This document shows positions 18,652 to 28,653 of a stretch of DNA of 64,000 nucleotides, piece after piece. The notes below the pieces were generated by a model. It searched no databases and was not told the DNA's origin. It saw only the letters and a program-made list of their open reading frames with translations. A program made the position numbers and the translations under genes. Source of the stretch: Patescibacteria group bacterium (lineage in GTDB: Bacteria > Patescibacteriota > Minisyncoccia > Phycocordibacterales > CSBR16-119); the NCBI GenBank assembly GCA_052033715.1, contig JBPOJJ010000002.1, forward strand, positions 1,676 through 65,675. The letters are read 5' to 3'. Position 1 is the first letter of the stretch; the number at the start of each line of letters is the position of its first letter.

Positions 18652-20433
18652 TCAATCTACCACAACCAGTTTGGTTCTCTGACAAGAACCGCTATCAGAA
18701 GTAGTGGAAATGACGTAACTGCCTACCGGCAAGTCGATTATGAGCTCACGGAAACCGTGAACTATCGGACGTCCAAAGACATCAAAAATATCCAGCATGG
18801 TGGGGGCTCGAGCCCTCAAAACCTCACCACGACGGATTGGATTTGGAAAAAGATTGAAGTCTCCCAAACCCAGAGACACTGAGACAACCTTGAACGTTAC
18901 CGATTCACCCGCGACATTGGTCTCACGGAGACGATAATAATTCACTTGTCCCATCTTCGGACCATTGTCAACGACACCATAGACTGCTCCAGTGCCAGGA
19001 GAGCCCAATGGTAAAATTTCAGCGACCGTTTCCCACTCTTCGCCATCAAAAGATCGCTCAACACCAAAACGATCGACGGCTTCTTCGGATCCGGTCGCCC
19101 ACGATAAACGAACGCGTCCCACTCCTGCTGCCTCACCAACAAAGTACAGAAGTTCTATCGGCAATATCCCTGGCTCACAGTCTTCCAACAAAAGTGGGTA
19201 ACCGTTAAAGCTCGGCGTCGGCGAAGGAGTAATCGTCAGATCGACCCAAACGGACGGTGGTTGATCTGTCTGTATCAATCCCGTGTACGGCCCGGAATTA
19301 ATTACAATCGGCGGCGGAGCCTCGCACGCAGTACCAGTAAAATTACCGGTTACAGGATCAACCGAAGCTAACACCACTCCGCGAACGGAACCATTTAGGC
19401 TCGGATACCTCATGTAAGGAACGCGTAGGGTTCCATCCACAAAAGGCTCACAGGCCGGGAACGAATTTGCGGAACTCAGAGCTCGACTCCAAGCCGGATC
19501 AAGAGATGCTGTGTCGAGCTTCATAACCAAGACTCTTTGGGAACCAGCCGACATCCTGTTGCAAGCTAAGTACAGATGGCCATCATCGTAGACCAGCTTG
19601 CCGTTTTCGAGAGCGCCTCCCGGTGTAGTGTACGACCGAGATTTTACGGTGTCGAAATTATGGTCGAGGACGATTAGTCCCATCGCTCCGGGCCTGGTGG
19701 CGGCAAGAACGTATCGCGATCCAGGAATCTCAACGACGCTTGTGAGCATCTCTCTGACGTCTCCTGGGATTCCGTAAGTTCTGTGGAAAAGCTGGTTGCC
19801 GTCTGGGTCCAATATCCGAAGCTCGAGGTCGCCGGCAAGTCCACCGTTCGTGATTGGATCATTAAAGGAAAAAAGACTATCGTTCCGAGGAAGGATTCTA
19901 GCGTGATCTACCGCACCAAGCGACACAAGTGGCTTCTTCGCCCAAATCAAAACACCAGCCGGAGAAAGTTTGGTGAGGAATTGATCATTCGCCAAAAACC
20001 TTTGGCCGGTTACAAATATGTACCCATTGATTGATTCTGTCACGTGTGTTGGGGAAGCGGCTATGTCGAGAAGGCCTGAATTCAGCCAAACAACATCGCC
20101 CGTCTGATTGATGCGCGAAATAAAAGCTTCCCCCGACATTTCGCCGACAACAAACAGGTCCCCGGCAGCTGCCAGCGCCATAGATGACATGATTGAAACA
20201 GTAAAATACCTGCTCCAGGACATCTGCTGTCCTGAAAAGCGGGCAACCATTCCAAAGTCGCTTCCTACGGGCAGAATTCCGCAGGCGAAGTATTCGTTTG
20301 GCGACCCGTTAATCACACTCGAGAGATTGAGCTGTTGGATAGTACTGTTCGGATCTATCAACAACTGCGTCTGACCCGCGAACTGTAAAGGAGCGATCCC
20401 TAGCAGGATCACGAGAATCAAGTTCTTCTTCAT
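18652..20433 (-). CDS. secreted protein (beta-propeller-like) with FN3-like domain and T9SS-type C-terminal sorting domain
   Basis: 593 aa; signal peptide MKKNLILVILLGIAPLQFAGQ; FxVERSxDG...YYRL segment then C-terminal FNLFPNPIRRGEV...GSYVISTTS...KLVVVD resembling Por/T9SS CTD; GC-rich relative to neighbours. Confidence 0.55.
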   Translation of the reverse strand: MKKNLILVILLGIAPLQFAGQTQLLIDPNSTIQQLNLSSVINGSPNEYFACGILPVGSDFGMVARFSGQQMSWSRYFTVSIMSSMALAAAGDLFVVGEMSGEAFISRINQTGDVVWLNSGLLDIAASPTHVTESINGYIFVTGQRFLANDQFLTKLSPAGVLIWAKKPLVSLGAVDHARILPRNDSLFSFNDPITNGGLAGDLELRILDPDGNQLFHRTYGIPGDVREMLTSVVEIPGSRYVLAATRPGAMGLIVLDHNFDTVKSRSYTTPGGALENGKLVYDDGHLYLACNRMSAGSQRVLVMKLDTASLDPAWSRALSSANSFPACEPFVDGTLRVPYMRYPSLNGSVRGVVLASVDPVTGNFTGTACEAPPPIVINSGPYTGLIQTDQPPSVWVDLTITPSPTPSFNGYPLLLEDCEPGILPIELLYFVGEAAGVGRVRLSWATGSEEAVDRFGVERSFDGEEWETVAEILPLGSPGTGAVYGVVDNGPKMGQVNYYRLRETNVAGESVTFKVVSVSLGLGDFNLFPNPIRRGEVLRARAPTMLDIFDVFGRPIVHGFRELIIDLPVGSYVISTTSDSGSCQRTKLVVVD

Positions 20434-20470
20434 GGGAGTAGGGTTTTTAGTTTATAAAAATAATACCACA

Positions 20471-20502
20471 AAAACACAAAAACCCCTTTCGGGGTTTTTG
20501 TG
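20471..20502 (-). terminator. rho-independent terminator (AAAACCCCTTTCGGGGTTTT, flanked by A/T tracts; bidirectional-looking)
   Basis: perfect GC stem, tetraloop, T-tract on minus strand downstream of 20531..22429. Confidence 0.6.
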
Positions 20503-20530
20503 TTAGTTACTTTCGCTAAATGCTGTGCAC

Positions 20531-22429
20531 TTAGTTCAATGTAACGTTGCGTCCTGTCTTCAACATATCTGTCAAAGCTGTGTAGCTTAGAGTGTTGGCA
20601 GATCGAGTGGTATCAGACGTTGTCGCTGTACCAAACAGGATTGCTGTTCCCTTCATTCCTGAAAGGATTGGGCTTCCGCCATTACCCTTGGCAACGATTG
20701 CCTGGATATCGACGTACATAGTATCTCCTTCATTTACTGTGTAGTACTCGTTGTCAGCAGCATCGTTAGTTACTGTGTAAGTACCAGATGGAGTAAATGT
20801 GTAAGAAGAGATAGTTACTGAAGCAGCACCTCCAGCATCAGCAGCGATAGTAAAGAATTCTTTCGCAGCTGTTGATTCATCATCACCGTTTAGGTAGAGA
20901 GTTCCACCTTCAGCAACAACCTTGACTTTCATAGTCGCAGTCGCTGATGTAGGAGCTGATGAACCGTTGTCGTTAGCAACGACAGAAGATGATACTACTG
21001 TGATTTTAGGGAATGTAACGAAGAAGATTTGATTCTTTCCGTTAGCAGCACCTGTAACGTTAGTAACATCGTCACCGTTTTCATCTTCGACATCACCAGC
21101 AGTCATTAGGTTAGCGACGTTTGTAGATGTGATAGATGCTGATAGATAGTCTCCTTCAGCAAATGTTCCACCTGTGTCGTTAAGGTCAACAACGATTTCG
21201 AAATCAGTGTCTCCTTCTGAGAGATCAAAGTCTGCATCAGAGAAAGTACATGTTCCAGAATCGCAGTCTGAAGAGTTGATAGAATCAACTTCATCTCCGT
21301 CAACAACCAAAGTGAATGTCTTAGCAACGCCAGAGACAGTACTTGATTTACCGACAGTAATTTCAACGTCCTGAACATTCATGTCACCACCTGTTACTTC
21401 GAACTCACCTTTTAGCAAGGTAACGTTGTTAGTATCGTTAGTGTCATCAACTGCGACAACCTGAGACTCAGGATTGTCAGAAGCTGTAGAGATGTTCAAT
21501 TCTAGGTCATTTGCAGTTTCAAATGATGCAAATGAGAATGTTCGAACAGCTAGAGTAGGATCTTCTGAGATCAAACCGCCCTGTCCGTCCATCCATCGAA
21601 CTGAAGTAACATCAAGTGTCCAAGTATCACCGATATCTGGAGTGTCGATGTTCTCCTGTCCTGAGATAGCAACGTAGAAGTTAGCTTTTTCGCCAGCTTC
21701 AACGACAGCTGATCCTGTTAGAGAAACAGTCTGAGCGTATCCGTTGTCATCATCAAAGTCTTCAGCGTCAATTGAAGCAACCTTCTCGCTTCCAAACCAT
21801 ACTGTTACTTCATCAGCATACTTGTGGAAATCGTGGTTAGCTGTTCCCTGAGCGAAATCAAGCTTGATAGCTTTGACTCCAAGATCAGAGTTGTCATCAG
21901 CTTCGATTGAGAAACCGAGAACCTTTACATTGTTCTGTCCTTCTCCAACCTCTTCATTGTTTGAAGGTGATGATAGAAGTTTGTACTCATCAACTGTTCC
22001 AGCTCCTCCAGAAACTGTTGTAGGTCCTGTTGGAGTTGTAGGTGTTGTTGTTGAACATCCAGCGTTGTGGATAGCAAGACCTGTCATAGCGCCGACGATA
22101 CCGTCAGCTGTTAGGCCTTTTGAAGCCTGGAAAGCTTTGACTTTAGCTTCAGTCATAGGACCAAAGTTTCCGTCAGTTCCAGCTCCAACAACTGCCTGCA
22201 TAGCAGACACCTGTGATCCTGTTGAACCTCTCTTTAGAGTAACAGTGTGGTTGTAGCAAGCTGTTGTGCTTGTTGAACCTGTCAACGCTGAAAGCTGTGC
22301 TTGCAATGAAGCAATCAAAGCCTGTAGCTCTTCCATAGTAGCAGCTTTTGCAACTGGAGCTTTTACTGCAAATGCAGCAACGGCAACCAATACAAACGCG
22401 GCCAAAGTTTTCTTAAAGTTTGTACTCAT
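20531..22429 (-). CDS. cell-surface protein with N-terminal signal peptide, peptidoglycan-binding (PG_binding_1-like) domain and long low-complexity T/S/D/N-rich region
   Basis: 632 aa; signal peptide; GSTGSQVSAMQAVVGAGTDGNFGPMTEAKVKAFQASKGLTADGIVG motif of PG-binding domain. Confidence 0.55.
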   Translation of the reverse strand: MSTNFKKTLAAFVLVAVAAFAVKAPVAKAATMEELQALIASLQAQLSALTGSTSTTACYNHTVTLKRGSTGSQVSAMQAVVGAGTDGNFGPMTEAKVKAFQASKGLTADGIVGAMTGLAIHNAGCSTTTPTTPTGPTTVSGGAGTVDEYKLLSSPSNNEEVGEGQNNVKVLGFSIEADDNSDLGVKAIKLDFAQGTANHDFHKYADEVTVWFGSEKVASIDAEDFDDDNGYAQTVSLTGSAVVEAGEKANFYVAISGQENIDTPDIGDTWTLDVTSVRWMDGQGGLISEDPTLAVRTFSFASFETANDLELNISTASDNPESQVVAVDDTNDTNNVTLLKGEFEVTGGDMNVQDVEITVGKSSTVSGVAKTFTLVVDGDEVDSINSSDCDSGTCTFSDADFDLSEGDTDFEIVVDLNDTGGTFAEGDYLSASITSTNVANLMTAGDVEDENGDDVTNVTGAANGKNQIFFVTFPKITVVSSSVVANDNGSSAPTSATATMKVKVVAEGGTLYLNGDDESTAAKEFFTIAADAGGAASVTISSYTFTPSGTYTVTNDAADNEYYTVNEGDTMYVDIQAIVAKGNGGSPILSGMKGTAILFGTATTSDTTRSANTLSYTALTDMLKTGRNVTLN

Positions 22430-23043
22430 AATTAAATTATCGTTATTAATTCTTCGCGCGCTCTCAACTTTTATTGAAGAGAGTCTGCGAGCGCGGTCGG
22501 TATTTAGTTCGACTAACTACGACCGTGACTTTTTTAATCTTTCCAAACTTGCGTCCGGAAAGTTTTGCACAGAAGATTTTAAACTCTTGCTATGCAGACA
22601 GACGAACGATTCACTGAATATTTTTGTGCCTTGTGGACAAAAAATAAACAGAGGATCTAAATTGTATCTGCCTTGTCGACATGGCGGATCCACGATCGAC
22701 GAACAACGTAAAATTTTCGCCAGCTTTTTAAAAAACTGGAAAACATTTTTATATTGTCAACGATCACGTCTCCTAATGTTTGAACGTACCCGCTTTCACG
22801 AATACGCCAAATAATTTTACAACCATTTAAGGATTTCGCCCTAAATGGTTTGTGGATAACCTACAAGTTTTGAATCTTATAAATTACCCGACAATCATCT
22901 CATATTTGGTCCGAAAACTCAAGCGAGTTCTTGATACAAAGTTCGATGACCTACCGATTATGACGAGGCTACGTAAGGCTTATTACGGAATAATGACTTG
23001 ACACTACGTATTTTTCTACGTACTACGCACTATTTTCTAATTC

Positions 23044-23889
23044 CTAAATACTATACCTGCTCCAGCGTCTTTCCCCTGTCCTTTTGATCTTGCCAGCCTG
23101 AATAAGAGAAATTAGGTCTCTTTGAACTGTTTTTGGGTTATAGTCGCTGAAATACGAAACGATGTCGTTTATAGAAATGTCCTTTTTCTCTTGAATAAGT
23201 TTAAGAATTCGTTCTTCTCTATCGAAACTCTTGGTTTTTACGCTCACACCTAAACTTTTCGGTTGTGATCCTGGGGCAGTATTTCTAAAGGACATTTTTC
23301 TATCGGACAATGTCCTTGATGAATGTCCTTTAGAATCTTCCTCTTGGGACGCCTCTTTTATTACTTTTAACTCTTCTTCGTCTAATCGGAAGAAGTCTGA
23401 CTTCAGTTTGAAATTACCCGCCTCTCCAGCGACAACCTTTAAATCTTGAATATTCGTAAATCCTTCAATGCGCTGTCGGTTACGCAGATCTCCAATGAAC
23501 TCAACCAAGGCATTTTTCAATATGTTGTAGTTCATGTCTGACATAAACCCGACGGCCACACAGACCTCGATCAAAGACACTAATTCCCACGATTTGGCAA
23601 TTACCCGCCCTAGATGAAAATAGAGGTCGCCAGTAACGGCATAAGACAATGCTCGTGTATCGGACAAAATAGCCACAGATATGGCTCGGATTTTTTGTCT
23701 CATAGGATCACCGTCCTTAATAAAGTCCGTTAGCATATAGAGCGCGGTTGTAATCTTTTCGGCCTTCTTAGAGACAGACATAAACACACCTTCTTTTGGG
23801 ACACGCCTTATCTTGGACAAATTACTGGAGTTGGAAATTTGTCCATTGGATTGTAATTCATTGTCTCTCATGTCTTTTAATGTGTCCAT
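23044..23889 (-). CDS. hypothetical protein with C-terminal winged-helix (DeoR-like) DNA-binding domain
   Basis: 281 aa; C-terminus REERILKLIQEKKDISINDIVSYFSDYNPKTVQRDLISLIQAGKIKR is a wHTH signature; divergent from ftsK. Confidence 0.45.
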   Translation of the reverse strand: MDTLKDMRDNELQSNGQISNSSNLSKIRRVPKEGVFMSVSKKAEKITTALYMLTDFIKDGDPMRQKIRAISVAILSDTRALSYAVTGDLYFHLGRVIAKSWELVSLIEVCVAVGFMSDMNYNILKNALVEFIGDLRNRQRIEGFTNIQDLKVVAGEAGNFKLKSDFFRLDEEELKVIKEASQEEDSKGHSSRTLSDRKMSFRNTAPGSQPKSLGVSVKTKSFDREERILKLIQEKKDISINDIVSYFSDYNPKTVQRDLISLIQAGKIKRTGERRWSRYSI

Positions 23890-24142
23890 TATACACTGTC
23901 CTTTAGGCCCCGCAATCTTGACGCCTTTGTCCTTTATCTTCCATCTTCCTACGGAGCAAAATGTCTTTTGGAAAAGGCTCGCCGGAGGATTTTTGTTTAC
24001 AAAAAAAATCCGAGGCGGAAGAAAATTTTTCTCCTCAAAGAAAAATTATTCTGAACTTTTCCAAGAGACATTTTGCGAAGCGCTTTTGCACACCATAAAA
24101 TAAGGCTCAATCGCAATTCCACATGTTACAATATCTCCATAT

Positions 24143-26539
24143 ATGGCGAAAAAAGGCGTAACAAAAAAAGCAAAGGCTCCGAAAGCGAGCGCGGTTGACG
24201 ATGACTTTGTTTCGATCTTTGGCGTACACATAAAAAGGGAGACAAAGAACGGAATCGTGGCCATTGGATTCTTCGTTCTGGCAATTCTATTTACCCTATC
24301 TGGTTTCAATATTGGTGGAGTTGCCGGACACTTTATATACAAAACCCTTTTCAAAGTTCTGGGTGTTGGTTACATCTTATTACCAATTGTTTTCGTACTT
24401 CTGGGTACCTCATCTTACAAGTCCGAGAGACCAACATTCGGAACGTCCAACACGATTAGTTCCCTACTCTTCCTGTTCGCCGGACTTGGACTCATTCATA
24501 TCATCAAGTACGACGCGGCCGGAATTGTCGGACGAGCCTCGGCTTGGCCTTTCGTAAAACTGTTCGATGTTTACTTGGCATTCATACTCTTGCTGGCTCT
24601 GTTCGCCATCTCGCTTGTCATTATGTTCGACAAGCGTCCAAGTTGGAGTGGCTTTGTAGCTAGGATCAAGCGATTTTTCGGCCGAGGTGAATCAAGTGAA
24701 GAAGAATATTATGAAGAAGTGGCCGAAGAAGAACCAGAGGAAGAAATCGAAGAGCCCGAAACACCTCCAGAGTCTCCACAGCCACAACTTCCACAAGAGA
24801 CACCCAAAGAAGCTTTTGCCTTGAACGCTGCCTGGAAATCCTCGGGTAAATACATTCCTCCCCCACTCTCACTGCTTCGAAAAAACGAACAAAAGGCTGT
24901 CACGGGAGACATTAAGGCCAACTCCAATATCATCAAACGAACACTCCAGAACTTCGGCATCGATGTTGAGATGGATGAAGTAACAGTCGGACCGACAGTT
25001 ACAAGATTTGCCCTAAAACCAGCTCAGGGTGTCAGACTTTCTCGTATCACCGCACTCCAAAATGAACTCCGTCTAGCGCTGGCCGCACCTTCTATCCGCA
25101 TACAAGCTCCAATTCCAGGACTCTCTCTGGTCGGTATCGAAGTTCCAAACCAAACAAAGGCTATGGTTGATTTACGCAGTCTTATAGGCGCCAAAGAATT
25201 CAAAGAAAGTTCCAAACCTCTTTTAGTGTCTCTTGGTCGCAGCGTGTCAGGTAAAGCCGAATACGCCAACATTGCCAAAATGCCTCACCTTCTCGTTGCT
25301 GGAGCAACCGGTGCCGGTAAATCCGTAACAGTCCACACACTTATCACATCCCTTATTTACAGAAACGGTCCAGAAGATTTACGTTTTATAATGATCGATC
25401 CAAAACGCGTCGAGCTCACACTTTATAACGGCATTCCGCATCTGCTTACACCGGTCATCACCAATCCAAAAAAAGCTATTCTTGCTTTGAAGTGGGCGAT
25501 ATCTGAAATGGAAAGGCGTTATGATATTTTGGAAGGTCATGCCGTTCGAGATATTGATTCATATCACGAAAAATACAATAAGAAAAAAGAAGAGATGGAA
25601 TCAATGCCCTACATTTTGATCTTCATCGATGAACTTGCCGACATTATGCAAAGTTATCCTCGTGAACTAGAGTCCGGCATCGTGCGCCTAGCTCAAATGT
25701 CTCGCGCTGTTGGTATTCACCTAACACTTTCAACTCAACGTCCATCGGTTAACGTCATTACTGGTCTTATCAAGGCCAACGTTCCAACCAGAATCGCTCT
25801 TCAAGTGGCTTCCCAAATTGATTCACGTACAATTCTCGACGCAGCCGGTGCAGAAAAATTGCTTGGTGCTGGCGATATGCTCTATTCTTCTGGTGACATG
25901 GCTCAACCGAATCGCATCCAAGGCGCATTTATTTCTGAAAATGAAGTTAAAAGCGTCACTGATTATTTGAAAAACCGCTACAAAGATGAACTGCCTGATG
26001 ATTTGAACTTGGCCGAAGGCTCAATCAGCGCCGACAAGAGCATCTTTTCTAGTTCCCTGGAAGATGATTCTGATAAAGACGAAATGTTTGAAGAGGCCAA
26101 GAGATTGGTGATCGAAGAAAAGAAAGCCTCGACTTCATACATCCAAAGACGTTTAAAGATCGGCTATTCGCGCGCCGCGCGAATATTAGATGAACTCGAA
26201 GAAGCTGGCGTAGTAGGCCCAGGAAACGGCGCTAAACCACGTGAAATCCTTATGGATGGTAGTGAGGCCTCAAAAGCAGCTCCTGCCCCCCTCCGACCAA
26301 ACGCCTCGGTAAGTACCCAAACCTTCCATTCCGTCACACGGGTCCGCGACGATATAGAGGAAGAGGAAATAGAGGAATTAACTGAAGATTCTGAGGAAGA
26401 AGAGTATGAACAGGTATTCACAGAAACGCCAATCGAAGAGCAGGAAGAGGTGCTAGAATTAGATCAGGATGTTGGAGCTCCAGAAGAAAGTGAAAAAGTT
26501 GAAGAAAACAAAGAATATGACGAGAACGATAAATATTAA
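24143..26539 (+). CDS. ftsK: DNA translocase FtsK/SpoIIIE
   Basis: 798 aa; N-terminal TM helices, acidic linker, Walker A GATGAGKS, Walker B, C-terminal gamma (wHTH) domain; acidic C-terminal tail. Confidence 0.9.
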   Translation: MAKKGVTKKAKAPKASAVDDDFVSIFGVHIKRETKNGIVAIGFFVLAILFTLSGFNIGGVAGHFIYKTLFKVLGVGYILLPIVFVLLGTSSYKSERPTFGTSNTISSLLFLFAGLGLIHIIKYDAAGIVGRASAWPFVKLFDVYLAFILLLALFAISLVIMFDKRPSWSGFVARIKRFFGRGESSEEEYYEEVAEEEPEEEIEEPETPPESPQPQLPQETPKEAFALNAAWKSSGKYIPPPLSLLRKNEQKAVTGDIKANSNIIKRTLQNFGIDVEMDEVTVGPTVTRFALKPAQGVRLSRITALQNELRLALAAPSIRIQAPIPGLSLVGIEVPNQTKAMVDLRSLIGAKEFKESSKPLLVSLGRSVSGKAEYANIAKMPHLLVAGATGAGKSVTVHTLITSLIYRNGPEDLRFIMIDPKRVELTLYNGIPHLLTPVITNPKKAILALKWAISEMERRYDILEGHAVRDIDSYHEKYNKKKEEMESMPYILIFIDELADIMQSYPRELESGIVRLAQMSRAVGIHLTLSTQRPSVNVITGLIKANVPTRIALQVASQIDSRTILDAAGAEKLLGAGDMLYSSGDMAQPNRIQGAFISENEVKSVTDYLKNRYKDELPDDLNLAEGSISADKSIFSSSLEDDSDKDEMFEEAKRLVIEEKKASTSYIQRRLKIGYSRAARILDELEEAGVVGPGNGAKPREILMDGSEASKAAPAPLRPNASVSTQTFHSVTRVRDDIEEEEIEELTEDSEEEEYEQVFTETPIEEQEEVLELDQDVGAPEESEKVEENKEYDENDKY

Positions 26540-26903
26540 AAAATTCCTTGGATTTGGGGTGCTAGCGGGCCTGTTTATTTTTATCGTAGGTTATAGTATT
26601 TTCCAGACAAGATCTCTTGCTAAAGGCGTCGATTTGATAGTCAACGGGATAAAAGATGGTGCCGTATTCAATGGCAGCATCCTGACACTTTCCGGCCAAG
26701 CCACGCACGCCAGGCACATTATGATCAACGATCGTGAGATTTTGGTCGACAGGGATGATAATTTTTCGGAAGAATTGATTCTATCCCCTGGGCTTAATAT
26801 AATTACCGTTGAGGCCGAGGATAAATTCGATAAAAAAACTGACGTCACTTATCGAGTTTTTTATAAAGAAAATTCGGCCAAGGCAACAGCCCTTAATAAT
26901 TAA
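26517..26903 (+). CDS. small membrane-anchored hypothetical protein
   Basis: 128 aa from internal ATG ([10 protein letters not shown]...); single N-terminal TM; overlaps ftsK 3' end by 23 nt. Confidence 0.4.
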   Translation: MTRTINIKKFLGFGVLAGLFIFIVGYSIFQTRSLAKGVDLIVNGIKDGAVFNGSILTLSGQATHARHIMINDREILVDRDDNFSEELILSPGLNIITVEAEDKFDKKTDVTYRVFYKENSAKATALNN

Positions 26904-26913
26904 CAAAAAATTT

Positions 26914-28011
26914 ATGGCATTGAAGAAAAAGAAAGACACAGCCGCAAAGACGGTAGGTGTTAAGGAAGTTATAGATGAAACAAATTCCGACAGTGGCCGT
27001 GGTGCAACACTTGCCGGCATCGAAAGCACTCTCAAAGCCATTCAGACGAAATTCGGCGAAGGTGCCATAATGAAAATGGGAGACACTCCAAAAGTCGGTG
27101 TTGGTGCAGTTTCGACGGGCTCACTTGGACTCGATGCTGCGCTTGGTATTGGCGGATTACCAAAAGGACGCATCATTGAAATTTTTGGCCCGGAATCTTC
27201 TGGTAAAACAACTCTTGCCCTACACGTCGTCGCCGAAGCTCAAAAACGTGGTGGTATTTGTGCTTTCATTGACGCCGAACATGCGATGGATCCTGACTAC
27301 TCGAAAAAGCTCGGTGTTAAAATTGACGAGCTTCTCATCTCTCAACCAGACAACGGCGAACAGGCCCTCGAGATATGCGAATCACTTGTGCGAAGTGGAA
27401 AAATCGACGTCGTCGTCATCGACTCAGTCGCTGCGCTCACTCCAAAAGACGAAATCGAGGGAGACATGGGCTCACATCAAGTCGGTAAACAAGCTCGTCT
27501 CATGTCTCAAGCTATGAGAAAGCTCACCGCTCTCGTCTCTCGTACCAAAACAATCATCATTTTCATAAACCAAATCCGTATGCAGATCGGCGTGATGTTC
27601 GGTAACCCGGAGACAACAACCGGCGGCAAAGCGCTTAAATTCTATTCATCAGTGCGCCTAGATATTCGTCGTATTGCCCAAATCAAAAAAGGCGAAGAAG
27701 TTGTCGGTTCTAGGACACGCGTAAAAGTCGTCAAAAACAAAGTCGCCGCGCCATTCAAACAAACCGAATTCGACATCATTTATGGTGAAGGAATCTCGAT
27801 TGAGGGCGAACTCTTGGCCCTCGGCGAACGCATGGGCATCATCAAGAAATCTGGCGCTTCATACAGTTATGTTCCTGGCGGTAATGAAAAAGATGAAATA
27901 AAACTCGGACGCGGTTATGACGCCACTCGCCAATTCCTCCGTGAAAAAGAAAACAAAGACGTTCGAAGTAAACTTTTGAAAGAAGTGATTGCTGGACTGA
28001 AAGCCATCTAA
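26914..28011 (+). CDS. recA: recombinase RecA
   Basis: 365 aa from ATG at 26914; Walker [10 protein letters not shown]; strongly RecA-like throughout; the track ORF start (26809) is an upstream extension. Confidence 0.95.
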   Translation: MALKKKKDTAAKTVGVKEVIDETNSDSGRGATLAGIESTLKAIQTKFGEGAIMKMGDTPKVGVGAVSTGSLGLDAALGIGGLPKGRIIEIFGPESSGKTTLALHVVAEAQKRGGICAFIDAEHAMDPDYSKKLGVKIDELLISQPDNGEQALEICESLVRSGKIDVVVIDSVAALTPKDEIEGDMGSHQVGKQARLMSQAMRKLTALVSRTKTIIIFINQIRMQIGVMFGNPETTTGGKALKFYSSVRLDIRRIAQIKKGEEVVGSRTRVKVVKNKVAAPFKQTEFDIIYGEGISIEGELLALGERMGIIKKSGASYSYVPGGNEKDEIKLGRGYDATRQFLREKENKDVRSKLLKEVIAGLKAI

Positions 28012-28017
28012 ACAATA

Positions 28018-28050
28018 AATCCCCACGTTTGACGCGGGGATTTATTGTCT
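28018..28050 (+). terminator. rho-independent terminator after recA (AAATCCCCACGTTTGACGCGGGGATTT)
   Basis: stem-loop + T-rich tail; could act bidirectionally for 28042..28587. Confidence 0.55.
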
Positions 28051-28587
28051 TACGATCATTTCAACTAATTTATCTACGAGTTTATCTGGATCATCTTCAA
28101 ACACGACCGGCTGATGACTTCTCGGATATCCTCCCAAGACTTTCTTTATAACCTCATCCTCTTCCCAGTCTCCTCGCAAAACTCCAACTGGTTTGCCGGA
28201 TTTAAGGGCGAGGTTAAACTCGTGTAACGAATCAAGCTTGCCACAACCAATGATAACAGCATCGGCCGAGCGCGCCAAGAAAATCCCCGCTCCCCCCTGC
28301 CCAAATCCCGTATAAACCACCAGGTCGGCATTATCATGATCGAGTCGATAAACCTCCTGGTGCTCTTCTTTACTTGCTGCAGGAGAGAAATATATGACGT
28401 TTCCCCCGGCTTCTTTCGCTCCCATGGCCGAGAACATTGGAAATCCATGGTGTGATCCGGTAACCAAAAAGTGTCCCTTTGAAGCGATGGCTTTACCCAA
28501 CTTTTTTGCTTTTTCCAAAGTCTCCAAACTCGCGCCAGAAGCATCAATCGCGCCAGCAATAGCAATTTTATGTCGCGATTTTTTCAT
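28042..28587 (-). CDS. LOG/SLOG-type Rossmann-fold protein (TIGR00725-like, lysine-decarboxylase-like family)
   Basis: 181 aa; KIAIAGAID...VVYTGFGQGGAG pattern typical of TIGR00725/LOG family. Confidence 0.5.
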   Translation of the reverse strand: MKKSRHKIAIAGAIDASGASLETLEKAKKLGKAIASKGHFLVTGSHHGFPMFSAMGAKEAGGNVIYFSPAASKEEHQEVYRLDHDNADLVVYTGFGQGGAGIFLARSADAVIIGCGKLDSLHEFNLALKSGKPVGVLRGDWEEDEVIKKVLGGYPRSHQPVVFEDDPDKLVDKLVEMIVRQ

Positions 28588-28653
28588 TACGATAATTATA
28601 CCAGACCCTCAACCTCTCTACGAAGAAAAATCCCTTGTGTAGATTTTACGAAG

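Noticed and set aside
22266-22814. 182-aa plus-strand ORF spanning the start of the surface-protein gene into the long noncoding region
   Set aside because: Overlaps the coding start of 20531..22429 on the opposite strand and has no domain or RBS; more likely noncoding leader.
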